Virus record (IMG/VR): IMGVR_UViG_3300028392_000041
Coordinates: 32,001-96,000 of that record
Source: a virus
Strand: one strand, 5' to 3'
DNA length: 64,000 nucleotides
The stretch's first letter is position 1. Each line of letters opens with the position of its first letter. The position numbers and the translations under genes are program-made. Under the pieces are notes generated by a model. That model searched no databases and had not been told where the DNA came from. It saw only the letters and a list, made by a program, of their open reading frames with translations. Below, in pieces: positions 1-10,592 of the stretch.

Positions 1-1817
1 GAATTATCGTAGTAAATTCCTTTAACATTACGCTTAAAGTCATAACCACTGGTCATTTTTATATCAAATAAACCAAGTTTATATTGAGCAGAGGTTGAAC
101 CGATTGTTCCAGTATCCCACTCAATAAAACGAATACGAGCAGTACCGATAAGTCTTGAAGAAATATAAGAGATACCAGTGTTAGCTGATGCAGCATTGGC
201 AGTCAATGTTAAAGAAGTATCAGAAGCAATGCTTAGTACAGTTCCAATCGCAGTACCATCAGTTTTACGGATAATACTACCAACAACATGCTGCGTTGAG
301 AACTTCGTAGAAGTTCCAGTAATTGTTGCTGAACTTGTAGTTGTTGTAATAGTTCCTGGCTGAACTCCTGAAGGTGGAATACCTGGAAGGGCAGTTGCTA
401 ATCCTGTAGTTGTAAAATTTGAATATAATCCAACAGTTGGAAATGTATCAACAAAAGGAACTGAGTTTACAGAATTTACTAAAACATAGTTACCAACTGT
501 TGCTGGTTGGAATGCCCCAGCCACTTGAACTGTATGGGCATCATTTCGACATTTATTAATGTATACATATTCAGTTGCAACTTTTTCTAACTCGTAACCA
601 CTGACATATGCTTTTCCTGGATCGAGCGCAATTGCTAACTGACCATCAGATCCAGTTTTACTAATTCCACGATTAAACGAAGGAACAAGAGTATATTCCC
701 AATTGATACCACCAGCGCCATCATAAGCCGAACCAGTAGTATGTGACGGAGCAGTACCAGCAGATGTTCCAGTATTTTTGGCAGTATAGTAATTTCCATT
801 TACTAAAATTACATCACCAATTATATAAGAAACACCAGTGGTCGTCCATGTTCCACGATTATTATCTCTTGCTTCGCGAACATCAACATTAAAAGGACGA
901 ACAGTGTAGTTACCAGACTCATCATAGGTACGACGAGCCATTGTTTTTTCTAACTCTGAGTATTGTGTTGTATTAACAATGCGAATAATCGTTCCATTAG
1001 AAACTTGCAGTAATTCAATAAATGTATCGTCTGCAGCACTGTTTAATGGTAGTTTTGATAAAATTAAATCTATGTGATAACGATGTGCGCCAGGAGCAGC
1101 ATAGTTATAAGAAGTCTGAGCATTATCTAATAATGTAGAATCTTGTTCTGGTGTAATTTCTGCTTCAATAACACTTAAACCAACACGATATGAAGGTGTG
1201 TTAGTATATTTGTCAAGAACAATAACCTGTTCTTTAGTTGTATGTGGATCAGCGCAAAGAACAAAGAAACCATTAACATAGTAAACACCACGCTCGACAG
1301 TTGCTAAAGAACCAGTACCAGTTGCTGAACTCGATGCTGCCTGAACAGTTCCCGAAGCATCATCTAAAGTAATTACTTCACCATCAGCAAAAACTTTTTG
1401 AGTTCCAGTTGCACTAGTTCCTGATGGAGTTCCAGATGTATTATAACGAACATAAATCGTTGTTGGATCTGTAGAAGTTGCAGACACAACTTTAATAATT
1501 TGTGCTTTTAATCCACTTGATCCAGTAATATACTTACCAGCAGTTCCTTGAATGAATGATTCTGTTGTAACAGTACCATAATCTTTTGTTAATTTTACAT
1601 ATTGAGCATTACAATCAATAGAAATTTGACCAGGAATAACCATTGCGCCCTGTTTGTAAATTGCGCTGCCATGTCTCTGAATCTGATTCTGTAGAATGGT
1701 TTGTAATTGGGTTAATTCTCTGGCTTGAACAGCAAACGATGGACGAAACAAAATACGATAGAATTTACTATCTTCGCTGTAGTCATCATTATACGGTTCG
1801 GTATTGAAATCTAGCAT
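1..1817 (-). CDS. Large virion structural protein (DUF4815-like), truncated at window edge
   Basis: Not in the ORF track because it runs off the window. ATG at 1817 gives MLDFNTEPYNDDYSEDSKFYRILFRPSFAVQARELTQLQTILQNQ, the N-terminus typical of this T4-like family; also contains APGAHRY. Confidence 0.8.
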   Translation of the reverse strand, partial: MLDFNTEPYNDDYSEDSKFYRILFRPSFAVQARELTQLQTILQNQIQRHGSAIYKQGAMVIPGQISIDCNAQYVKLTKDYGTVTTESFIQGTAGKYITGSSGLKAQIIKVVSATSTDPTTIYVRYNTSGTPSGTSATGTQKVFADGEVITLDDASGTVQAASSSATGTGSLATVERGVYYVNGFFVLCADPHTTKEQVIVLDKYTNTPSYRVGLSVIEAEITPEQDSTLLDNAQTSYNYAAPGAHRYHIDLILSKLPLNSAADDTFIELLQVSNGTIIRIVNTTQYSELEKTMARRTYDESGNYTVRPFNVDVREARDNNRGTWTTTGVSYIIGDVILVNGNYYTAKNTGTSAGTAPSHTTGSAYDGAGGINWEYTLVPSFNRGISKTGSDGQLAIALDPGKAYVSGYELEKVATEYVYINKCRNDAHTVQVAGAFQPATVGNYVLVNSVNSVPFVDTFPTVGLYSNFTTTGLATALPGIPPSGVQPGTITTTTSSATITGTSTKFSTQHVVGSIIRKTDGTAIGTVLSIASDTSLTLTANAASANTGISYISSRLIGTARIRFIEWDTGTIGSTSAQYKLGLFDIKMTSGYDFKRNVKGIYYDN

Positions 1818-1850
1818 GTTTTACTCTTCTTTTATGATTCAACTATTTAG

Positions 1851-4800
1851 TTAGAATGTTATGATAGTTCTAAGGGTAACTGTTTCGTCGGCTGATGGCG
1901 TAAATCCAGCTTTGTTATCAATAAACAACATATCACCTGAATATTTATCAAGCGTTGGATTACCAACTGCAGCAACACTAACAAATTGATTGTTTATATT
2001 GGTCATTTGATCTCCAACTTGTGGAGTATCTCCATCTAAAGACGACACCAACAAACTTGTTCCTGTATCATTTGTTGCTATAATAATATATCTTTTTTGT
2101 TCTGAATTACCATCAACTGTTCTTGGAATGGTTAAAACCATATCCCTTTTAAAGTTTGTTGTTAAGTAAGTTCCAGAAATAGTAAAACAACCAGAACCAA
2201 GTGGATCGGCAAATCTATTAGTTGTGTTATAATATCTTGGGTTCTTTATGATACCAACTTGACGATAATCGTTCGCTACATCAAATCCTTGGTTTTTATC
2301 TCTAGAAACATTACTGTAGAACATTAATGTCTTTGAATACAATTCATCAAACGCATCTTTTCCATGGCCAGCTGCTGGAGAAATAATTGCTCTTGCTGTT
2401 GCCCCCTGAGCTCCAGTATTAGCAGTAATTACAACATCAGCATAAGTGTAATTTGATCCTTGATTTGTAATTGTAATTTTACTTATTACACCACCAACAG
2501 TTGTAGCAGTTGCTGTTGCTCCAGTACCATCTCCAACAATATTAACAGTTGCGACTCCATAATTATAACCACCGCTAATTATTTGAATATTATTAATTGT
2601 TCCAGGAACAGTAAGCAATTCATTATTTGCTTGTAATGTATTAATATTACCAATAGAAATGTCAGGAGAAAGTTTACATCCAGTTCCATCACCTGTTGCA
2701 GTAATGGTAGCAGAACTGTAACCAACTCCTGGATCATCAACTTGCACTCCAACTAATTGTCCATTCTCAAGAAGTGGAATTAGTTTCGCATTAGTTTGAG
2801 ATGATTGAAAAGATGCCGAAAATCCTGTTCCAGTTGTCGTATTGATAACAACTGATGGGTTTCCTGAATAACCAAACCCATATCGCAACACTGCTGTTCC
2901 ACTTGCAGAATAACCAACCCACTGTAGAGAAGCTGTTCCATCAGTAACAATTTGACCAAGTGTTGTAGATGTTGGAGAAGAAGAACCAGTTGTTCCTGCA
3001 GTTGTTACTGTGTATAATTTTGTTCCTACAGCAAACTGTTGACCCAATGTTACGACAGTAGATGATGTCCAAACAGTTCCGATTGTTACTGTTGGTACAG
3101 ATGTATAGTTGGCGCCAGCATCAAGAATTTTAATTCTTTGAACAACCCCAGCTGGAGAAAGAACAGTAGTTGCTGATGGTAAATTGAGCGAATTGGCCAG
3201 AGTATGAGAAGAACCAACTCCTGTTCCTGTTAAATTAATTGCTGTTCCTGCGATTGCGTTCGCATAAGTTGAAGCCAATTTAACAGCAGTCGAAGAAGAT
3301 TTAATAACATAATAAACTGTGTTATTAACTAATCCAGGAATTGTTGTTCCGCCACCATTTGAGTAAATTACTTTATCTCCAGAAGAAAACCAATGAGATC
3401 CAATGGTAATAACTTCAGATGTTGTATTAACGATACTACCATCAAATGTTTTTGTAGGAGCAGTAAAAGTAATGGTTGGGTTTGATGTATACCCAGAACC
3501 ATATGAAGTTAAGTTTACTTCTCTGATACCACCCAATGTATTTACTGATGTAATTGCACCTGCAGTAAATGTTAATCCTGTTAATGTTCCAGCAGTTGTC
3601 GCAAGAGCAGTCCCAGTTGTAGTTGTTAGTGTGAACCCAGTAACACTAGGAGATGTTCCAGTTACAGCAGAAACTTTATATAAGTTTCCTGTTGTATATC
3701 CAGTAAAGGTTGCAGTTCCACCCTTTGTTCCAGTAATTTTAATCACATCTCCAACAGCAAGAGAAGAAGCTCCACAAGTAAATTGCCCAGCAGTTCCTGA
3801 AATTGCGATAGTAGAAGCAACAGTAAATGAGTTAAATGTTGGATATGCTTTAGCAGTTTCGCCAATAAAAGTTAAGGCGCAAGTCCCATCAGAAACTGTT
3901 CCATCTCTAAATGCTGGTTCAGAAACTCCTGTAGTTCCAGCCTGAGCAACTTTATAAATTTTACCTGTTGAGGTACCAATAAGATTTCCAAGATAAACAG
4001 CAGTACTTGCTGCCCATGTGCTTGTAACTGTATATGGAGGAGCAATAGAAATAGTATCTCCATCAACATATCCATAACCACCTGTTGTAATTGAATTGCT
4101 TCCAAGATAAACAGGATCATTGGCTAAGTAACCATCGCCATTAACTGTTAATGTCATAGAAGTATATCCACTACCACGAGAATCAATTTTTACTGCTTCA
4201 ACACCACCATTGGAATAAAATTGTTGACTTAACGCAGTAACAACAGGGAAATATTGGTCATTTAAAAATTTAGTTCTTAATGCCAACGGCACATTAAACA
4301 TATATTTCCAAACATACCCATCTGATAGAGAGATAGGAAGAACTTGTGTTCCAATTGGTTTTGCTGTGGATTTTGCTCCATTATTATTGTCAAGACATTT
4401 ATATACATTATACTCATCTGTCATAACATAAAATTTTGCATCTTCTATGGTAAACGCACCAGTTGAAGAAACACCAATAACACCATTAGCAACTGCTCCA
4501 AGACCAACTCCAGTTGAATCAGTAATCGTAACCTTTGGAGGATTTGTGTAACCAGAACCAAAGTTGGTCATGGTAATAGCAACCACCTCGTTATTATATG
4601 TTGAAGCATACGCTGTCGCCTGTGTACCACCAGCAAGATCAGGCGGATCAATAGTTACTGTAGGAACAGTAAGATAATTTGAACCACCTGCTGTAATGTT
4701 TACACCAAGAACTTGTGTTGAATATTGATCATCGTAAATATCATAAACAGTATTAAATACCCAATCAATTCTTGGAACAATAAATGCAACATCATTTGAT

Positions 4801-5012
4801 TGGATTTGTTTTAATGTTATAATATTATTACGAGTATCTCTTTCATATCTTAAATCGTCGATTGGATATGGTGGCGAAGTTTCATCTGTCCACGCTAATG
4901 TCTTACCCAAGAAGTAATAATATCTTGATGAGTTTGACAGAATCTCTTTGTACACACCCTCCGCAATGGTTTTATGTAAAAGAGACTTAATGAGAGAAGA
5001 TGTTGTCGCCAT
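1851..5012 (-). CDS. Baseplate wedge protein gp8-like with large internal Gly/Thr-rich insertions
   Basis: YYYFLGK, PRIDW, FYVMTDEYNVYKCLDN, DGYVWKYM and YRQVGIIKNP motifs; position in the wedge cluster. Confidence 0.8.
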   Translation of the reverse strand: MATTSSLIKSLLHKTIAEGVYKEILSNSSRYYYFLGKTLAWTDETSPPYPIDDLRYERDTRNNIITLKQIQSNDVAFIVPRIDWVFNTVYDIYDDQYSTQVLGVNITAGGSNYLTVPTVTIDPPDLAGGTQATAYASTYNNEVVAITMTNFGSGYTNPPKVTITDSTGVGLGAVANGVIGVSSTGAFTIEDAKFYVMTDEYNVYKCLDNNNGAKSTAKPIGTQVLPISLSDGYVWKYMFNVPLALRTKFLNDQYFPVVTALSQQFYSNGGVEAVKIDSRGSGYTSMTLTVNGDGYLANDPVYLGSNSITTGGYGYVDGDTISIAPPYTVTSTWAASTAVYLGNLIGTSTGKIYKVAQAGTTGVSEPAFRDGTVSDGTCALTFIGETAKAYPTFNSFTVASTIAISGTAGQFTCGASSLAVGDVIKITGTKGGTATFTGYTTGNLYKVSAVTGTSPSVTGFTLTTTTGTALATTAGTLTGLTFTAGAITSVNTLGGIREVNLTSYGSGYTSNPTITFTAPTKTFDGSIVNTTSEVITIGSHWFSSGDKVIYSNGGGTTIPGLVNNTVYYVIKSSSTAVKLASTYANAIAGTAINLTGTGVGSSHTLANSLNLPSATTVLSPAGVVQRIKILDAGANYTSVPTVTIGTVWTSSTVVTLGQQFAVGTKLYTVTTAGTTGSSSPTSTTLGQIVTDGTASLQWVGYSASGTAVLRYGFGYSGNPSVVINTTTGTGFSASFQSSQTNAKLIPLLENGQLVGVQVDDPGVGYSSATITATGDGTGCKLSPDISIGNINTLQANNELLTVPGTINNIQIISGGYNYGVATVNIVGDGTGATATATTVGGVISKITITNQGSNYTYADVVITANTGAQGATARAIISPAAGHGKDAFDELYSKTLMFYSNVSRDKNQGFDVANDYRQVGIIKNPRYYNTTNRFADPLGSGCFTISGTYLTTNFKRDMVLTIPRTVDGNSEQKRYIIIATNDTGTSLLVSSLDGDTPQVGDQMTNINNQFVSVAAVGNPTLDKYSGDMLFIDNKAGFTPSADETVTLRTIITF

Positions 5013-5026
5013 TTTTTATCCGAAAA

Positions 5027-5479
5027 TTAAGATACTGTTACAACCCAAGTAATTGCGATTGAATCACCAGCTGCTTTAGCAACTGATGGGAATACTGTAC
5101 GGCAAAGTAAAGTACCACCAGAAGATGCATTTAAAATACCAGCTTCTTGCACACCTGGAGATGTTGAAGTTCCAGTACCTGCAGGGAAAGTGGCAGTGTA
5201 AGTAACTGTATTAGTAGAAACAGTTGTTGCTGAGAGAGTTACGCGACCACCCTCTGCAACTAAAGTTGAATCGCTTGCTGAAGCAGCAGTTGAAGATGTT
5301 CCAATTGCCATATGAGTCATAGCAGTATAAGTTGTGTCTTTCATTCTTGATGCGATATATGCTTTACCAGAAGTAACAACTAAATTTGGAACTTCAAATT
5401 TATTGAGTAGTTCGCCTTCAGAATTAAAGTGGGATACACTAACCATCCCAGTTGGTTTTAAATTTTCTTGAATATTCAT
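5027..5479 (-). CDS. Virion structural protein (baseplate/tail-fibre associated)
   Basis: NLVV..G and EAGI motifs common in small phage structural proteins; context. Confidence 0.5.
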   Translation of the reverse strand: MNIQENLKPTGMVSVSHFNSEGELLNKFEVPNLVVTSGKAYIASRMKDTTYTAMTHMAIGTSSTAASASDSTLVAEGGRVTLSATTVSTNTVTYTATFPAGTGTSTSPGVQEAGILNASSGGTLLCRTVFPSVAKAAGDSIAITWVVTVS

Positions 5480-5513
5480 TTGAATAAGATCTCCTATTGA
5501 GGTTTAATTAATA

Positions 5514-7634
5514 CTATGTCTGAGGATTGGTGTCAACAGTTGAACCAAATTTTGAGTCCACAGTATTGTCGTAAATAATCGGATGGATACTAAAATAGCC
5601 ACCCTGACTATATGGATTCTTTGCTACATAACCATCATCTGCCGATGACATTGTTTCTGTATCTGTAAGATATTTAGTGACATCTCTGACGATAGAATCG
5701 CTTGGGGTACTGATTGAATCAGATAAAGATGTTCCAATATCAAAAGTTATTGTTGAGTCGCTTTGGGTACTGATTGAATCGGTTAGCGATTTTCCAGTCA
5801 ATAAAACCGCACTATCGCTTGGGGTGCTGATTGAATCGGATAATGATTTTCCAGTCAATAACGACGCACTATCGCTTGGGGTACTGATTGAATCGGTTAG
5901 CGATTTTTCAACGCTGAATGCTTGCGTTTCTGTTATTAACGCTGATTCTGTTAATGCTTTTGCTATATTAAATATTAAGCCACCTGCAGTATCTCCTGCA
6001 TCTATCGTTCCAACAGAGTCTTTTAAACTCAATGCTAAAATTCTTACAAGAGATTGTAAAGCAGCACCGATATTAAAATTATTTGATATCTGATATTCAC
6101 CAAACAATGCTGTTCCTGCAGGATGAACCATAGTTCTTACAGCAGTTTTATATGAAGATAATCTTTCATCAATTTGTAAAACATAAGAGAATGCTTGGTA
6201 GTATTTACTATCTTGAATGAAGATAGAGTCGCTTAAGAACCCTGCGTTTGATGTATAATACCCTGGATAATTAGCAAGAGAACCCAATTCAATTTTTAAA
6301 ATTGCTTGATTTTTACTTACTGAAGAAACAACTTGACTAATTGCTTGTGTAGTAAATGTTCCAAGAACTGAACCAGAATATGTACCATCTACCCAAAACT
6401 GTTGATCAACAGCAGTAATTGTAACAGTAGGAGGAGATGTATATCCTGATCCAGCATTAGTTACAGTTATAGCAGTAATAACACCATTTACAACTGTGGC
6501 AGATCCAAGTGCCGTTACACCAGAAGTTGGTGGTGAAAATGTAACAGTAACAACATTACCATAGTTAGATCCACCAGAACTAACATCAACAGTATTTACA
6601 GTACCAGAAGAAAGTGTAGCAGTTGCTACCGCACCACTACCAAAGGTATAAGCATAATCGAATTTGTTGATATATCCCTGCTCTGCGCTACCATTTGTTG
6701 TTTCTGTAATATTTACAATGTTACCATTAACAAGAACAGTAGAAAGTAAGGGTTGAATTGCAGTTGTAAAATAATCTTGAGAAGAATTAATTGATATTGT
6801 AAAATCTGTAGAATACCCAATACCGAATTTAATAAATTCGCAAGAAAGAATACTTCCAGCAGTAGCATCTCCAACATATTGCGCTGTTGTTACACGAGTT
6901 ACTTTTAAAATTGATCGTACACCATTTCCGTTTTTAAGTTCAAAAAGTTGACCAGCTTTAAACCCAGAACCACCTTCAAGAATTGAAACTTTAGATGTAG
7001 TTGCTACAATCGTACCAGCAAAAATTGTTTGATAACGAATAACATCTCCAACTTCAATGTTACCGAAAAACCTTCTATCAATAAAAATTTCATAAGTGTT
7101 GTTACTTAATTGAACAACACGATCAACTTCAACTTCAACATATTGGCGACGATCAACTAGAACTTTGAATGTTGTATTCGGTTTAATAACATCAACCAGT
7201 TTACCTTCAATTAAATCAGGTGTTCCAGTGGAAACTTTAATAAAAAGTGAAACATCTTTCTGCCACCTACCATCAGATGCGCGAAGCATCTGTGTTCCAG
7301 GGTATTTTACTTGAACATCTTTATTATAGAGAAGTTTAAACAATAATTTAAAAGATTGTTCGCTTCCTTTTGCCAAATAATGATTTTTAATATTTTCAAG
7401 TAAAAATGAATCACTAACTTGTAAATCTGCTGGCATATTAATTGCCAACTCATTTTTAAAATATTTAATAAAATCGTCTAGTGTTGTGTCTAGATCTCTT
7501 AGCGATGTAAGATCAACGCCACTGTTGTCCAAATACTCATAATATGCCTCAATAAAGGCAACGAATGTTGGATAGTCTTCCCTAACAAACTCAGGAACTT
7601 GTGTTGGGATTAAAGATGGTGAAGATATACGCAT
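5514..7634 (-). CDS. Baseplate wedge protein gp7-like
   Basis: PEFVREDYPTFVAFIEAYYEYL, KGSEQSFKLLFKLLY, QDSKYYQAFSY and HPAG motifs; follows gp6. Confidence 0.7.
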   Translation of the reverse strand: MRISSPSLIPTQVPEFVREDYPTFVAFIEAYYEYLDNSGVDLTSLRDLDTTLDDFIKYFKNELAINMPADLQVSDSFLLENIKNHYLAKGSEQSFKLLFKLLYNKDVQVKYPGTQMLRASDGRWQKDVSLFIKVSTGTPDLIEGKLVDVIKPNTTFKVLVDRRQYVEVEVDRVVQLSNNTYEIFIDRRFFGNIEVGDVIRYQTIFAGTIVATTSKVSILEGGSGFKAGQLFELKNGNGVRSILKVTRVTTAQYVGDATAGSILSCEFIKFGIGYSTDFTISINSSQDYFTTAIQPLLSTVLVNGNIVNITETTNGSAEQGYINKFDYAYTFGSGAVATATLSSGTVNTVDVSSGGSNYGNVVTVTFSPPTSGVTALGSATVVNGVITAITVTNAGSGYTSPPTVTITAVDQQFWVDGTYSGSVLGTFTTQAISQVVSSVSKNQAILKIELGSLANYPGYYTSNAGFLSDSIFIQDSKYYQAFSYVLQIDERLSSYKTAVRTMVHPAGTALFGEYQISNNFNIGAALQSLVRILALSLKDSVGTIDAGDTAGGLIFNIAKALTESALITETQAFSVEKSLTDSISTPSDSASLLTGKSLSDSISTPSDSAVLLTGKSLTDSISTQSDSTITFDIGTSLSDSISTPSDSIVRDVTKYLTDTETMSSADDGYVAKNPYSQGGYFSIHPIIYDNTVDSKFGSTVDTNPQT
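5690..5910 (-). repeat. Four ~57-60 bp tandem coding repeats (SL[T/S]DSIST[P/Q]SDS...) in the gp7-like C-terminus
   Basis: gggt(a/g)ctgattgaatc recurs at about 5705, 5765, 5822 and 5879. Confidence 0.85.
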
Positions 7635-7635
7635 A

Positions 7636-9474
7636 TTATGCTGGTCTTAAGTCAGTAAATTCATAGTTGAAGCCTGCGCTTAAATCGCCAGATGCAGTTT
7701 GGTCAGCAATCATATTAACAGTTAAGTGATCTAAACCAAGTTCAGCAACTTGATGTAATGCTGAAACGACATCGTTAGATCTTGGTTTCATTGAAATTTC
7801 AAAGTCAACATCTGCTAAAGCAGTAATATAAAGATTACTAATTTGTAAATATCCAGCGTCGTAATCAACTGAACCAATTGCTGGGTCAACGATAATTTTC
7901 TGGAAATTATTATCCAATGTGTAAAGACGAATTGATCCCAAACCATCATCGTCAATATAGTGAACATCAGTACTGCCTTTGATAAAGAATCCAGTAGAAT
8001 AGATACTACCATCTGGTTGACCAGAAGCATATAATGGATTAATAATGTTTAAAACATATTGAGCAGAGATATTATATTTTACTATAAGTTTTCTTCTCAA
8101 TAAAACTGTGATATTACTATTTACAATAGATGTGTCTGCTGTATCTATTAAACGAGAAAGTTTAGAGTGTCTAAATACACCATCGAATCTTCTTAAATCA
8201 GAATTGTTATAATTAACGATAGTATCAGTTACAATTTGTTGCAACTGATTAACTGTTTTTTTAGTCCTAGTTTGATCGTAATATGCAGTAACATCTATTG
8301 CGATATTAATATATTCTGGATCAATAATTTCTGGTGTTACAGAAACCATATTTCGTTTAGAAAGAATTTGATTGAGAATATATGTTTTTTGTAAATTTGT
8401 TAATTTATCAGCATCAGTAGGAAGAACACAAATATAAACTTTACCGTATACTGCTGGATAATTTACTTCCCCACCCCAAACAGATACGGATCTTGCTTGC
8501 GGAAACCCTGATAAAATTAGTGTTTTATAATCATCAGGTGTTACCGCACGATTTTGTGCAGCATAAGATCTTGGAGCATTATAACGAATGCTTTCAATAT
8601 CTTCTGGACTACCACCACCAGTAGCAATTACTTTAGTTGAAATATTTGATGACCCACCAAGTAAACTAATACCACTATAATTGAATAATCTTGCGCCATT
8701 CGGAGCATCTAAACTTGAAACAAAATAATCAATAGTAACCACATTACCATTTACGAGTTGTGTTCCAAGAACTCCATCTCCGAAATATATTTCAAATAAA
8801 TTCCCCTCTATTTCTTTTACAAAAAATACTTTACTTGCTGAAGTTAAAGCAGATAAAATATTATTAGCAAAGGTATATGTTGTAAAATTACCAACGCTTG
8901 CTGAATCTTGAACAGTAACACGAACAGTCGTTAAATCTACATTACTATTTGGTATAATATATCTTGATCCATCGGTAACAGTATAACTATAAGAAAGTGG
9001 TGTTCCTTCCACTAATGTGACACCAGAAAAAACATATCCGTTGGCGCCATTAATAGTTGTATAATCTCCAAGATTATAAAAGGTATATGTTTGTCCATCT
9101 ACTGATGTAGTAAATGGTTGATATGTTGGTAGAGTTGTAACAGTTGGTGTTGATGTTGGATTTACAATTCTAAGATCAACAGTTGCTTTTGCGCAACTTG
9201 CTGAACGAGGAAGGTAACCAAGCATCTTAGCAAGAGAAACTACACTAGAACGCTTTGCTGCTGAATCTAAAAACATCTCATTGACAGCAAGGTTCGTATA
9301 AAGATTATTATAGTGAGTATTATAGGCAAGAACATCGATCAAAATATTAAGACCAGCGCCATCGAAGTCATAGTCTTTAAATTGGTCTTGACCACGAAGA
9401 AAGTTTTTTAAATTTTCTTTGATATTATCGAAATCTAATTCCGCTACATTAATTCGGTTGCTGGTTAGTGCCAT
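7636..9474 (-). CDS. Baseplate wedge subunit gp6
   Basis: LDFDNIK..L..FL, DYDFDG..L..L.DVLAYNTHY, FLDSA, QNRAVT..DY motifs. Confidence 0.92.
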   Translation of the reverse strand: MALTSNRINVAELDFDNIKENLKNFLRGQDQFKDYDFDGAGLNILIDVLAYNTHYNNLYTNLAVNEMFLDSAAKRSSVVSLAKMLGYLPRSASCAKATVDLRIVNPTSTPTVTTLPTYQPFTTSVDGQTYTFYNLGDYTTINGANGYVFSGVTLVEGTPLSYSYTVTDGSRYIIPNSNVDLTTVRVTVQDSASVGNFTTYTFANNILSALTSASKVFFVKEIEGNLFEIYFGDGVLGTQLVNGNVVTIDYFVSSLDAPNGARLFNYSGISLLGGSSNISTKVIATGGGSPEDIESIRYNAPRSYAAQNRAVTPDDYKTLILSGFPQARSVSVWGGEVNYPAVYGKVYICVLPTDADKLTNLQKTYILNQILSKRNMVSVTPEIIDPEYINIAIDVTAYYDQTRTKKTVNQLQQIVTDTIVNYNNSDLRRFDGVFRHSKLSRLIDTADTSIVNSNITVLLRRKLIVKYNISAQYVLNIINPLYASGQPDGSIYSTGFFIKGSTDVHYIDDDGLGSIRLYTLDNNFQKIIVDPAIGSVDYDAGYLQISNLYITALADVDFEISMKPRSNDVVSALHQVAELGLDHLTVNMIADQTASGDLSAGFNYEFTDLRPA

Positions 9475-10271
9475 TATCGTGTTCTCTCTAATACAAGATT
9501 AAGAAATTGAGGTGTTTGAGTGTTTAATATAGTAAAGTAAATTGAAACATCAACGCTATTATTATCAGGATTTACCTTACAATCAACTTGATCTAGCGAC
9601 ACTCTTGGCTCAAAATTATCTATTGTTTGCCTAATTGATCGTTCAAGCACAGCGCCGAGCATTGGTGTTGCTGGCTCAAATAATAATCCTCTTATCTGAG
9701 ATCCAATCTCAGGATGAAATTTTCGTTCATAATTTGTTGTTAAAATTAAATTTTTAACGGATGCTTTAATCGCATTTTCATCATAACGCTTTACAATATC
9801 TGCTGGGTTTGAATAAGTAAATCCCTGTAAAGTAACATTTTGCCTAGCAGGAGTATATAATTCTAGAGTATATGTGTCAATAGTAGATTTAACTTTACCA
9901 AGAAAAACACCATTCGAAAATATATTGCGATAGAGCATATCATATCGTTCAAAATTTGTTACAGCAGCGTCAGTTGGTCTGGCAGCACTAAATGCTAATC
10001 TTGCTGTTCCGTTCAATGCTGAACCACTTGTATGAGATGGACCAGAAGATCCAGTTATCCCAGTTAAAGTACAGGTGTATAAGTTATAATTCCAGAAAAA
10101 TGTTTGGCCAATATAGATAGGAACTCCAGCAGCCCAAAGTCTAGTTCCACGAATTAAGTTGCTGGATGTTGAAGATGAAACGACCCCTATCCCTGTATTA
10201 ATTACCAATGACATTGGTGATGGGATAAAATTTAAATCTATATCAGAGAATATTCTTGTATTTCTTGCCAT
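9474..10271 (-). CDS. Baseplate wedge protein gp25 with an internal insertion
   Basis: FSDIDLNF N-terminus; C-terminal AIKASVKNLILT..ER.FHPEIGS...FEPRV gp25 domain. Confidence 0.85.
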   Translation of the reverse strand: MARNTRIFSDIDLNFIPSPMSLVINTGIGVVSSSTSSNLIRGTRLWAAGVPIYIGQTFFWNYNLYTCTLTGITGSSGPSHTSGSALNGTARLAFSAARPTDAAVTNFERYDMLYRNIFSNGVFLGKVKSTIDTYTLELYTPARQNVTLQGFTYSNPADIVKRYDENAIKASVKNLILTTNYERKFHPEIGSQIRGLLFEPATPMLGAVLERSIRQTIDNFEPRVSLDQVDCKVNPDNNSVDVSIYFTILNTQTPQFLNLVLERTR

Positions 10272-10277
10272 ATGTAT

Positions 10278-10285
10278 TATTTATA
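10278..10285 (-). promoter_or_regulatory. T4-type late promoter
   Basis: TATAAATA just upstream of gp25. Confidence 0.75.
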
Positions 10286-10289
10286 AGGG

Positions 10290-10592
10290 TTATCCAAAAG
10301 AAGTATTACCAGCCAAAACAGCGATTGTATCATTATCATCTAACAGATCTCCCTCAAATGCCACAGGATGTCCTTCCATAAAGAAAGTGGAAGGAGTGCT
10401 TTGAGTTGCTTTTACTGTTCTAGACCCATGGTGGGTAACTAAATCAGGATGATCGTTATAAACTGTTGTTCCACGCCATTGTATTTTTCTACCAGCAAAA
10501 GTAACTGTTGAGGTAAATGGACCAATTGGCAGGGTAGGTGTTTTACCACAAGCCCCAGTCGATTTATTATTTTCAGTTGCTATTGCTGGCAT
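10290..10592 (-). CDS. PAAR-like spike tip protein (gp5.4-like)
   Basis: Small gene after gp5; H/C residues and a PVAFEGD PAAR-like segment. Confidence 0.6.
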   Translation of the reverse strand: MPAIATENNKSTGACGKTPTLPIGPFTSTVTFAGRKIQWRGTTVYNDHPDLVTHHGSRTVKATQSTPSTFFMEGHPVAFEGDLLDDNDTIAVLAGNTSFG

